Source: Botryllus schlosseri (Eukaryota). From it: a stretch of 64,000 nt of DNA. Positions 37,889-49,276 of this stretch are shown here, in pieces (position 1 is the stretch's first letter; each line of letters opens with the position of its first letter). A model generated the notes under the pieces. That model had not been told where the DNA came from, made no database searches, and saw nothing but the letters and a program-made list of their open reading frames with translations. The stretch covers positions 9,114,001-9,178,000 of the forward strand of contig CM119375.1 of NCBI GenBank assembly GCA_051294905.1. Direction: 5' to 3'. Both the position numbers and the translations under genes were made by a program.

Positions 37889-39787
37889 GTCTTCAAAGAC
37901 GATGCAAGACAAATTTGACTTAATTCCAACCAGTAGAAGCGGAGTCATTTGAATTTTTCGTTGATAATTCTCGGGAATTTCCCGTCCTGCTCGAATTCGA
38001 ACCGAGAAACTCCTTAATCCGGAAGTGTTTTGAGACCGTATATTAAAATTCCTTCTATTTGCAGCCAGTAGTATTGTAAACGTGTCAGAATTCCGTTTAA
38101 TTATCACTAAAAGGTGCTTGACCGTCGTGGAATGTTGCAGACCGTTGGATCACCGTATTCCAGATTTGGGATGACTCGAGTTACAACTTTTCAATGACTT
38201 CCGTTGACTCCGAACCAACGAATGAGGAATGTGGAATGACTTGTCACTATAGAAGACGATTTTTAAGTCAATTTTTTAGTAATCAAATATTATACTTCGC
38301 AATGCATTCCGAACCTCTCTACCGCACCTGAAATGAATTCGCCATCAATACAAGTCATGACATTCCATTTTGATTTATAATTTTGGAATTATTTCTACCA
38401 TAATGCGTAATGTATACATACATATTACTACTGGAATTCTTCATAGGGCCAGATTTCGTTGAAATAAAGTTTTTGCATGTAAAAATTTGTTTGTTTTTGC
38501 GGCAAAAAAGTTTTTTTCAGGTCAAACTACAATTCTAACATTATGTGGGAAAACACCTGATTTGCATATGTCAGGTTAAATTTGGTCAAAATTAAGATTT
38601 TAAGTCAAAATCTTCCGTTTTCTAGGTAAAAAAATCGCCCTAATAATGACCTTACATTCTCGAGGTCGGTATAAAGCTATGTATAGTCGTTGTGAGTCCA
38701 CCAGATTGTTTGTGAAATCATAGCGTCCTATATGGTGTGGACACAAGCAAATCTCATGGCTCAGTGAAATTGGTCTACGTCACACTTTTCATTTGGCTAA
38801 TTTTTGACCGGCTTGCCAAGCATTAAATTTGATAAAACGGGTATCAATTGAAATCTGCCGCTGTACTGATTACGAAAATATAAATTTTATTTCGCTTATG
38901 GCCCTTGAACCCCCATAATCAGACTCGAATTTTTCATTGTTCTGGAGAGTGGCATAGTGACGCAACAATGCTGTCTGGCGAAACGAGAGCGTAGCTCAGG
39001 AGCAAATGAGTGGCTGCGCGGCGAGAGTGAGTGCTTAGCTGGCGCCGCGGCAATGATACCGCTGTATTTCTTCAGACGCAAAAGGTCTTCGCCATTCAGA
39101 GAAATCCGAATGGTGATTGGAAAATGATAAACCAAATTCCAACGTCACCGTTTAGTTAAATCTCCTATATTTCTGACAAAGGCTATATATAGGCCTAGGC
39201 TTGGTAATAGTCTATTATTATTACTAATAGAGCATTCCAGTGAAAAACAAAGGTAAGGATTTGGTGGTAACATTTTGGAATCATTTGACTGGTCCGGCCC
39301 GCAAGCTATCTAATAAAGGATTGAATCCGGACCGCGACCCCAGTTTAGTTCGACACCCCTGCTGTAAATCTTTCATCAACATTTTACCTGCTGCATTCGC
39401 GGACCATGTCCTATCCTTACAGGTCAAGGAAAGGCTGGTGTGCTCACACTTAACCAAAGCGACTGGAGCGCTACACAACAAGCGGGCTAAGCTAATCGAT
39501 ATCATAATAATATGACATATCCAATGTATACAGCTACCTAGTCCTCTGTGAGTTGAATGGCAATGCGCGAAAATTGGCAGAGCCCTAATGCATTTTGTGG
39601 ACGCAGTTCCACCCTCCAAGTCAAGGAAAAACTGGCAATTTGTGTGCTCGCTTCTACCGTAGCGCCTATAGAAAGTAGGTGGCCATCCGCCACATGCCAC
39701 CTTATTTTGTCGCTTGCGTCTTATATTATCTGCATTACTTTTCATTCTGTGTGCAATGTGCATGCCTCTTCTTTACTTCGCCTAGGC

Positions 39788-40197
39788 CAGTGGTTCCCAA
39801 CGTGGGCGATATCGCCCCCCAGGGGGCGATTTTGCGGCCTAGGGGGGCGAAAATGAAGAAGGGGGCGATAGGGGGGCGAAAATGGACAAAGGGGGCGACA
39901 GGGGGAGAAAATAGCGAAGGGGGCGATAGGGGGGCGATGACGCGTTAAAATGGCTATTTTGGAGTCAATTCGGAGGAATAACCTTTTTTTTGGTCAACCC
40001 ACGGAAATTTGGTTGCAAAAGTGTAAAATTCGAGAACGGTCCGAAAAGTTGACCTTTTTTTTTAATTTATTTAGTCAACCCGCCGATGACTACAGATTGT
40101 ATACATACCGATTTTTCGGTTCACAAAATCTGGGGGGCGATGATCGGCCTTGAGCTTGAAAAGGAGCCGATGAGTCGAAAAAGGTTGGGAACCACTG
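39788..40197. mobile_element. hAT MITE with internal gggggcga tandem motifs, nested in D
   Basis: TIR cagtggttcccaac / gttgggaaccactg; TSD gcctaggc/gcccaggc. A related inverted end lies at about 55250-55310. Confidence 0.92.
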
Positions 40198-41650
40198 GCC
40201 CAGGCCAAGGTGGGTGTCTGATCTTAAAGACTACTCCAAGTTGTTTCGACACCTTCCTATCTTTCACATTGTATCGCAGTTTTGTGGTGTTTTGAAACGA
40301 TGAAAATAATAATAAAACTGATTGATTGATTGAGTATTAACTGCGCAACGTTTCTCTGCGACGCGATTGCACTTCGAAACACAAGCTCGTTGCCCATTGC
40401 CGTGACGCCAGCTGAGCGAGTGAGCAGTCTGAGCACTCACTCTCGCCGCGCAGCCACCAGGGATGCCACTATAGCAGTGGTCGGGAACCTTTTTCGTCCG
40501 AAGAACCATATTGGCCCAATTTTTTCCATTTTAACTCCCAAAGAGCCATACATGTCAATCCACTGTTACGTCACAATTGAAAATTCGTGACGTCATGGTA
40601 GCACATGGGATTCGTCGTGTGTGCCTCATTTTCTCTGTTAAAACTCGTAGCCTACTAATCATGCTGGTAAACGTATTCGAGAATGCGAAATTTGAGTTAT
40701 GAGAACGTAGCTTCGTCGTGATGCTTCTTTTAAATACGACAATCCATGATCACAAGCCCAAGCATGATTACTACAGCAGCATATAGCCTACCCCATGTAA
40801 GGTGTGATACATCAGTGACGGGGGCCAGGAGAGGCAAGCGAGGCAGTTCGTCACCTGTCGCCAGGATCAGTGATCGAAAATTGTGAACATTTCAATTACT
40901 ATTGGTATTTTCTATCGCTGTTAGTGAATAACTGAATTTTGAACATTTTCCTCCCAAAATTAGGCGACTTGCATATTTATTATTTTAAAATACAGCCCGA
41001 TGCGATAGGTATAGGTAAGGCACAGACGGATCGAACTTCACCATTGATACCTCAATTCATCGCAAATAGCTTAGAATTTATAATAACTGATGTGAACTGA
41101 ATATAACTGTTGCACTGATTCCGAAAATCTAAATACTGATCGACTTCTCAATTCTCAAAGTTTCGGCGAGAACACATAACGTTGCGCTACACGCCTATAC
41201 ATTTCATCGCTGGTGTTACGAAGTGACTTACCAATCAAGAACGTGGATAGCTATGGCGTTGTTTGTAATTGTGAATGTCACTTCCACGTAGGGTTCTGGT
41301 TAATATCAGGCTGATTTAAACCAGTGTGATATAAACCAGGTTTTTTCCTTTGATTTTTGATTTTAATTTCACCGTTCTGATTTAATTGATTTTTTGGTTT
41401 TTATTTTTATCTTGAAAATAGGCGTGAATATAGTATCTTTTTTGACAACCAGTGTATCTTGTACACAAACCGGACATATTTTTTCTCCACCGGTACCGTT
41501 ATAGCTCAGCGAATCGGGGTCAAGGCGGGAAAAGTGCGCTCGCAGTAGGAGGTGATCTGATCACTGATCACGATCAGCCAATTCCTGTGCTTTGCTCATT
41601 GCTGCGGATTCGCTGTGTTCGCGGTGCTGTTGTTTAGTGTTTATAAGGCG

Positions 41651-44190
41651 ATGGTGGGAGGACGAAAACGAAACTCAATCTGGAGTCTATATCGGGAGAT
41701 TCCCGCATCTCTGATGCCAAAGAGACGCAAAAAAGCCGTTTGCATTTATTGCAGTGTTGATATGATGGGTCAAGTAGCTAGAATGAAAAAAACATGCGCA
41801 GGTAAGATACCATGTTTATGAGTGAAACCAATTCATGTAATTGGTTGAATACTGCATGCTAATACGTTGACATGGTATGGGCAGATTACATATTTGCATA
41901 TCTAAAAACCCGAGTGTGATATGATACCGGTAATAATATGCAGCACGTCAACCGAAAGAGACATACTTTCTTATCCACAAAACATGACTATGAACAATTA
42001 GTGTTCCCCGCGCGAACATATCAAAGCTTATGGCGTTGATAATTAGTTAGGGTATCATCATGCAATTGGGGTTGGGGCTAACTGGGGTAAAAGGTTTGGT
42101 CATATTGATCTTGTAGGAGAGGTTAATAACTGCTCTTACTATACCGTAGCCATGAATCAATGATAGCATGGGGAACCCGGGTTTGTGATGGTCATGCTGT
42201 GGATAAGAAAGTATACGATACAGTCCTTATCTGGGTTCCCTTGACCTCATTTCGTCATGGTGTCTGATTGACTAAGTAGTGACTATGGTATCATACTAGC
42301 AAACTAGATTCTTTGACCAAAACCGATCCTGAAGAGCCGACAGATATTTAATTGTATGCAAAATGTTATATTAATTTTATCGTTGAAATCAATGATAATA
42401 AATCGGTATTCAGAATGAAATGATAGGTGGGTATGTGCAAAATGCGGTGGAATTCTCAACATGTATATCCTATAGTCATGTTGTGATATGGTGGAGTCAC
42501 ATCGACACCTGAGTATCATGTGATAGCTGAAGATCGTTGCCTAAAATATAGATGTCATCAGTATCAAGATACTTCTATTTAAATGTGGTACTCGAGTTGA
42601 TTTGATTTACTCGTTCCACTTATAGAATTAGTTATGCTTGTATTGTCTACCACTTCAACGATCCATTGCTGGGTAATTTCTTGCCAAATGAGCAAATTTA
42701 TTTTCAGATGAGCACCAAGGTTAATGGATGGCTGTAAAATTTGACACATTGATTCTTCTGTCATTATCATGAAAAAATCAAAAAAAAATTGTGGTTATAC
42801 CTAGCGAGACAAGATGGTATTCCTTCTCCAAAACATTGAAGCATGTCATAAATGTTCAAACAGCTATTCAAGTAAGTAATTCAAGTAATTCATACATTTC
42901 TGTGACATTTGCACGAAGTCGTCTTTTTTGCTGAAAGGTTGTGTTTGTTCAAGAAGCGTCGAAACCGCACTTGAATATGGCGAGTGCATGTACTGTCCGA
43001 ACAATCATCAGTGACAAGCAATTTTGGGAAGATACTAAAGCGATATATGGTCTACTAAAGCCGTATTATGTCATTACGGGTTAGTTCATTAAAATATTTA
43101 TATTTCGACAATTGAAAGAAAATGTAATTTGGCAACTGTTCGACACTGACATTCATAACTTCATTCTTACTATATTGCCAATAATTTGCATTCCTTGATG
43201 ATATGATACCACCCAAAACTATAATACATGATCAATTAGAAGTACATATTGGTTCTCAACAACAAGGAGTGTAGTTCTTTTAATTCTACAACGTTTAACT
43301 CAGAGTTACTGAATTGTAAATCTTGCATTTTTGCAGCCATATCAGAATTGGACAATACTTCCGCTGGGCTAATCCTATCAGGCTGGATGTGGCTCAAGCT
43401 TGAGTTAAAAAGACGACCGTTCTTAATGCTGATGAGACGATTCTGGTCCTATCAAAGATGCAGCGAGGAACAGAAAACTATGTCAGAAACTATCTACTTG
43501 CCTGGGTTCTAGATCCCTGAGTTAGAGGCTGTGGCCTGAACAAGACTGGCAAAAGGCTTGTTCGTGATCTGGCCAAGAAATTATTTTCAAAGATAGAACC
43601 AAACTGCACTGATGGGTCTGCTTTCAACCTGATTAAACACTGGTTCGACTATGATTATGAAGAGGGTGAGTCTACCTGCGTACACCTAACACTGCACGTC
43701 TCTGATATTAGCCTGATTGTATTTAGGAATTTCTGATGCAGAATCCAGTATCTGGGTGCCGTATCTTACATCAAGACCGGCATTATTCTGGATGGATTTA
43801 GCTGATGATTCTCCAGAACTTTCAAAACTCGCCAGGACTGTTCTTTCGTACGTTCCACATTCTGCGTCCTGTGAGAGACTTTGGTCATGAGCGGCAGCAA
43901 CTGCAACCAAGAGTCGTTACTGCCTAACACAAACAAATCTTGAAGTTATGCTTCGAGTGAAAGATCACTTCATGGATATTGACTTTGGTACTGGCAAAGC
44001 AGATAAGGGGATGAGAAAGATCAACGCCTTGCTGGCAGAGACCACTCAAGACACCATCAGCTATGCTCATGATGAAGATGCTACTGAAGATGCTGATGTT
44101 ACGGATGCTTCTGATTTGACGCAACATGTCGGCTTGGTATTAGAACGGATATCGGACGATTCCAGCCACATCATTTCTCTGCTGGGCTGA
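41651..44190 (+). pseudogene. hAT transposase pseudogene (BED zinc finger to C-terminal dimerisation domain)
   Basis: BED finger MVGGRKRNSIWSLY...KAVCIYC..MMGQVARMKK(H), frameshifted in an A7 run at 41786-41792 and followed by a GTAAGA donor. Core motif IISDKQFWEDTKAIYGLLKP at about 43000. Dimerisation domain PALFWMDLADDSPELSKLARTVLSYVPHSASCERLWS*..KSRYCLTQTNLEVMLRV, with a TGA at 43888. Confidence 0.9.
41966..42211. mobile_element. TA-flanked MITE (element E) inside the hAT transposase gene
   Basis: Perfect 14-bp TIR ctttcttatccaca / tgtggataagaaag, with further catgac and gttcccc matches; TA on both sides. Confidence 0.8.
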
Positions 44191-45370
44191 ACATTTTTCA
44201 GCACGTGGATGAAGATTCAGAGCCTCGAATTATTCAGTTGATGAGATTTGCGGCTGTACCTTGATTTGCATGATTTTCAATGGGCTAGGGCTCATTGTTG
44301 TTGTTGTTTCAGTTGTTATAACTTATAAGTAAAATAAAATAATAAAAACCCAAAAAAACCATGGTTTTTATTATCGAATCGAATTAATCGATCCGAATCA
44401 GAGGCAAATTGATATTTACCGGAACCCTACGTTCCACGGCAGTTCATTTCGCGCCGTAGATCAGGAAGACGGTTCGTATATATTTGATAACTGCGTTGTC
44501 ATTTATGTGCATCACTATGTCTGCTATTCTCTTTGATCAAATAACCTGTCGTACAATCCAAGATTTCGAGTCGGGTACATCGAATTCGCGAGAAATATTG
44601 GTCTCCGGTGCGACAGTAACTTAAATTTGGAGATTTTGAAAACGGCTGCCCGAACCCCTAACCCTGAAGACGGTACTGTCTTTACCCCTCAAATACATGT
44701 TTATACGCTCACAAGAATAATTATTCTGTTCGTGATGAAAAATTACTAACAAGTTGCTGCAATATTGGTCAATTCAGTAAAAAATATATATTTGGCAAAG
44801 AGCCATATCTTATACCCAAAAGAGCCATATATGGCTCGCGAGCCATAGGTTCCCGACCACTGCACTATAGGATATTTTGGAAAAACCCAGATGTTGAGGC
44901 GAAACCCAGAAAAACCCAGATCCTATATTTCACTCAAATTTATATAAATAGCTATGAAACTGCGACCTGACAGTCATCAATTATATTCATACAGTCTTAG
45001 GAGCCATTGATAATGAATTATCAACAGTTCATACTATACATTTTGATCGGTTAACACTGAAATTCGCACAAAAATATTTTTTTGTCTCGAGTGCAATAAT
45101 TGTATCACTGCGCTCAGAAAGTTCGTAAGAATGCCATCCATTAACTATTTCCGAGGGTGGTTATCGTAAATTTCCAGTGACCTGACCAGATTGAAAGTAT
45201 ATAGCTGTCAATTGATTAACTCCGGGACACTCACTTTTATCTAGAATAATAACACATGCAGACCCATGTTTAATCAAAAAATAACTGCCAAATCATGAAA
45301 TTCAAGGTATATCCGAATGTGCTGATAACCAACGTAGCCTCTGACTAGCTTGTTGGGGGTGTCCAACTGT

Positions 45371-45387
45371 CTCTCTCTCTCTCTCTC
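45371..45387. repeat. (CT)8 microsatellite
   Basis: Directly visible. Confidence 0.9.
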
Positions 45388-45981
45388 CGAGTGTCCCTAT
45401 TGGAACTAAATAGAACCAGATAATAATATGATATATTTGTCGGATCATCACCTTGTCTACCCATGTGCATTTGCGTACCATAAAGTTACATGTAATTTAT
45501 CTTGGTTATTTGTCGATACGCGACGAATTTGTTAGAGTGATACTAGCAATTTGCATTTAAGTCACAAATCGGTTTAAATTGTGAGACAACTTTTCCAATG
45601 AGTTGCCCTATGAACATAACTTTTTTCGACCTGTGAGTTACTATTCGATAAAGCTCCATCGTATCGCGCTGAGACCTCTCATTTTAGTCACGTTGTTGCA
45701 ATAACAGCGGAATCCATTGACAGTGACGAACTGAAGTGTGTCTATTTTACGATATAGTGATGTTACTAATCTAATACATAATTTTGGAGGGTGAACTGAC
45801 CGGACGAACATGATGTTGAAAAAACCCAGATTTCAGGGACAAAAACCCAGAAACCCAGGTGATGCTCAACAAACCCAGATTAGGGTGGAAAAACCCAGGA
45901 GTGGCATGTCTGCCAGCCACTCATTTGCTCCTGGGCTACGCTCTCGTTTCGTCGGACAGCATTGTTGCGTCACTATGCCAC

Positions 45982-48270
45982 CGTAGTGTCCTATATGGTG
46001 TTGTAGACACAGCGAGAGTGAAGGGCTCACTGCATTTGGGTTACGTCATACCTTCCATTTGACCAAAGGTAACTTTACGGCCATTTTTGACCGGCTTGGC
46101 GAGCGCAAAATTCGATAAAACGGGTATCAATGGGAAGCTGTTGGTGTACTGATCTCGAAAATATAAATTTCATTCTGTTCATGGCCCTGGAACTCCTAAA
46201 ATCAGCCTAGAAATGTTCATTGTTTTTTAGTTTTGTCATAGTGACGCAACAGAAATGTCTGGATCTTTCTTCTCAGCTTCACTCTCGTTTTGCCAGACAG
46301 AATTGTTGCGTCACAATGCCAAAACTCGATCATGATGCAAATTGCTAGGCTGATTCTGGGGGGTTCCAGGACCTTGAGCAGAATAAAATTTATATTTTCG
46401 TAATCAGTACAGCAGCAGCTTTCCATTGATACCCGTTTTATCGAATTTTGCGCTCGGCAAGTCGGTCAAAAATGCCTGTAAAGTTACCTTTGGTCAAATA
46501 GAAAGTTTGACGTAACGCAAATGCAGTGAGCCGTTCACTCTCGCGGTGTCGACACAAGCAAATCTCACGCCTCAGTGAAATTGATTCACGTCACTATTTC
46601 CATTTGGCTACAGGCAATTTTACGGTCATTTTTGACCGGCTTGCCGAGCATTGAATTTGGTAAAATGGGTATCAATCGAAAGCTGACTATATGCACTGAT
46701 TACGAAAATACAAATTTTATTCCGCTCTTGGCCCTGGAACTTCCGCAATCAGCCTCGATTTTTTCATTGTTATGGAGATTGGCATTGGGACGCAACATTG
46801 CTGTCTGGCGAAACGAGAGAGTAGCTCAAGGGCAAAAGAGCCAGACAGCATTGTTGCGTCGCAATGCCAATCTCCATAACAATGAAAAATTCGAAGCTGA
46901 TTGTGGGGGTTCCAGGGCCACGAGCGGATTAAATTTATATTTTCGTAACAGGTTGCGCTCGAAATTATCGGACCACCACGATATCCCATGTCATCCCATC
47001 CCATCATACCCTAACCCACATACTAAGATATGCTACCTAATTTTCATCTTTTTTATATCTTATTTCATCTTCTGTTAGTTATAATTAAGTGGTTTATCAT
47101 GAGTTCATGACCGTTTTACATGTTTAATTTAGGCCAGGGGCGGGCAACATACGGCCCGCGAAGGGATTTTGTAGTCCGGCTCGCGGACAGTTTTTCGTCT
47201 TACATCGTAATGTGGCCCACGGCCCCAGTCCTCCGAGATTCCCCACTACTTGCTTACATACGTCGAATCTTAGTGACTGTATGTCATTATAGACATGTAT
47301 GCGCAGCGAGCGAGTGTGGTGCCTGCCTACGCGTAAGTTGGTCGAGGCGAGAAGACTTGCATTATTGGTATTTACGATGCACTCAACCCTAATGTCATGT
47401 GTGGTAATCATGGTGTTTGTCGACTACAATAGTCATTTACACTAGGCCGATATTTCTTATTTTTGATTCCGTAACCGTCGACTTGTATCACGGCACACTT
47501 CTCGGCTTTTGTAAGGCACCGGTTATGCCAAGGGTCGCCAACTCGAAATGGGTCACGGGCCACTTTAAAATTTCATAGAGACCGCGGGCCGCATGAATTC
47601 AATATCGAGATAAAATAGGCCACACAGTTGAACAACCTCGCTATCTCGTCACCTACTAAATCCTAATGAATTGATATCTTGGTAAATTTGGGGTACCAGG
47701 CTTATCGAACGCCTTGAAATCTTAATTAAGGATTGCACAGTGTGTTGATTGATCAGAGGGAATCAGACATGGTGGTGCCTGTATGACAATGCTGTTCTCA
47801 AATGCACATAGTCTTCGTCATTATTGGCGAGAAATAGCTTTGAAGTTACATTGCTGTCGTTAAAATACATTCATTAAATACGATTTATTCCTTCTATATG
47901 TGGATAAATGGGCGACTAATGTATCGATTCAGCAATCCGGCCCGCCAAGTATTTAATTTTCCTATATCCGACCCGCCGACTGGAGAAGTTGCACGCCCCT
48001 GATTTAGGCCTACGTGTTCTAGGTCAAAGCGGGTTGTTTGATTGAATGATCGCTACCAGTCGTCTCTGTTATCACAATCTTGTGATGTGGTGAAATTATT
48101 ACTGAGTAAGTAAGCCAAAAACATCATCGTGAACGCGTCGCCCACCTAGTTCGGCCAAGTCACGGTCGGATTACGCCTGGTCACGAAAACACGGCCGACA
48201 TGTACAACGCATGCGTCATGGCCCTTCGGCCGTCCGTCGCCCGTGCATGCGAACGAAGTAGGCCTATATG
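45982..48270. mobile_element. Composite D-family insertion (D2) in D's right arm
   Basis: Starts cgtagtgtcctatatggtg; perfect 7-bp TSD atgccac (45975-45981, 48271-48277). Contains two fused foldback units (45982-46550 and 46551-about 46960). Confidence 0.8.
47135..48001. mobile_element. hAT MITE, 867 bp, nested in D2
   Basis: TIR caggggcgggcaac / gttgcacgcccctg; perfect TSD atttaggc; ggcccgc subterminal motifs. Its interior is homologous to about 60845-60950. Confidence 0.92.
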
Positions 48271-48670
48271 ATGCCACTCTCCGTAATAATGAAAAGTTGG
48301 AGGCTGATTGTGGGGTTTCCAGGGTCATTAGCGAAATAAAATATATATTTTCGTAATCAGTACAGCGGCAGCTTTCGATTGATACCCGTTTTATCAAATT
48401 TGGTGCTCGGCAAGCCGTTCAAAAATTACCGTCAAATTGCCTTTAGCCAAATGGAAAGTGTGACGTAGACCATGCAATTCCACTGAGCTGTGGAATTTGC
48501 TTGTGTCTACACCATATAGGATACTATGGTGAAATCATTGCTCAGGAATCATACAGAGAATATCGGCCTGACGTGGAATATTGACTAATTGACCACTGAA
48601 GTCGAAACACCATGGACAGTTGAACATGAACTGAACACTAAACAACAACCAGGAGTTCCTCACTTACTGG

Positions 48671-49225
48671 TAGGGCTGGGCACAATGATTTGAGTACTCG
48701 AATCTGAATTGAGAAATAATTTTAATGATTCGAGTCGAGTAGTAAAAGAAGATTTATTCGAGTACTGAAATCATACCCCCCTCGGAACTGAAAGTTAATT
48801 TACTCCGCGAATTATAGTTTTGATACCATTTTCCATTGAGGAAGCCTTGAATCATTGATTGACCGTGTCGCAGCATACAAGACACATAGTACAAAGCTAC
48901 AAACGTTACTTGAAATAACACAGTCATGATTATCCCACAACATTGTCAAGAAGTGCAATGAAATCTGAATGGTCGAAAAAATACCGAAGTATCTTCAATG
49001 TGCCGGAAGACAGGCATTATGTTCTTTCTGGTGGCATAACATAACATAACATGGTTGGGTTATATTTTTGATCTGAACAAGTCACACACAATGTGCAATG
49101 CGATAAGACACAATGCGATGTCATGAACAGATGGTACCAACTAGCATAAAAGGTCATATTTGAACTTTGACATGGTACATTATGTTGTGACGTCATAATG
49201 AGTGATACTCGAATACTCGACTCGA
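48671..49225. mobile_element. Truncated TAGGGCTG-type element with tcgagt/actcga repeats
   Basis: Left end tagggctgggcac; repeated gagtactcgaat/actcgactcga motifs near both ends; no matching right TIR seen. Confidence 0.45.
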
Positions 49226-49276
49226 AGCGTATTAATACTATAGATAACTAAGGTAAACCGGGGGGTTATCTATAGT

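Larger units (their letters stand above)
41289..44429 (+). mobile_element. Decayed autonomous hAT transposon (element C) nested in B
   Basis: TIR tagggttctggttaatatca / tgatatttaccggaacccta; TSD cttccacg / c(g)ttccacg; encloses transposase remnants. Confidence 0.88.
40475..44862. mobile_element. hAT MITE (element B) inserted at the left end of A
   Basis: TIR cagtggtcgggaacct / aggttcccgaccactg; perfect TSD cactatag (40467-40474, 44863-44870). Confidence 0.93.
40458..45912. mobile_element. hAT-like non-autonomous element with aaacccag subterminal repeats (element A), inserted in D's right arm
   Basis: Ends cagggatgccact / agtggcatgtctg; TSD gcagccac/ccagccac. Removing it restores cgccgcgcagccac-tcatttgctcc, the inverse of 38998-39022. 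Confidence 0.85.
38719..48528. mobile_element. Long-TIR (foldback) element with 7-bp TSD, P/Galileo-like by inference; host of nested insertions (element D)
   Basis: Left arm 38719-about 39055 begins catagcgtcctatatggtgtggacac. The right arm is split into about 40395-40457, 45913-45981 and 48271-48528, ending gtgtctacaccatataggatactatg. Perfect TSD gtgaaat at 38712-38718 and 48529-48535. Confidence 0.85.

Noticed and set aside
39240-39856. ORFs of 91-160 aa in the interior of element D as a possible P transposase
   Set aside because: No THAP (C2CH) or DDE motif; overlapping short ORFs occur on both strands.
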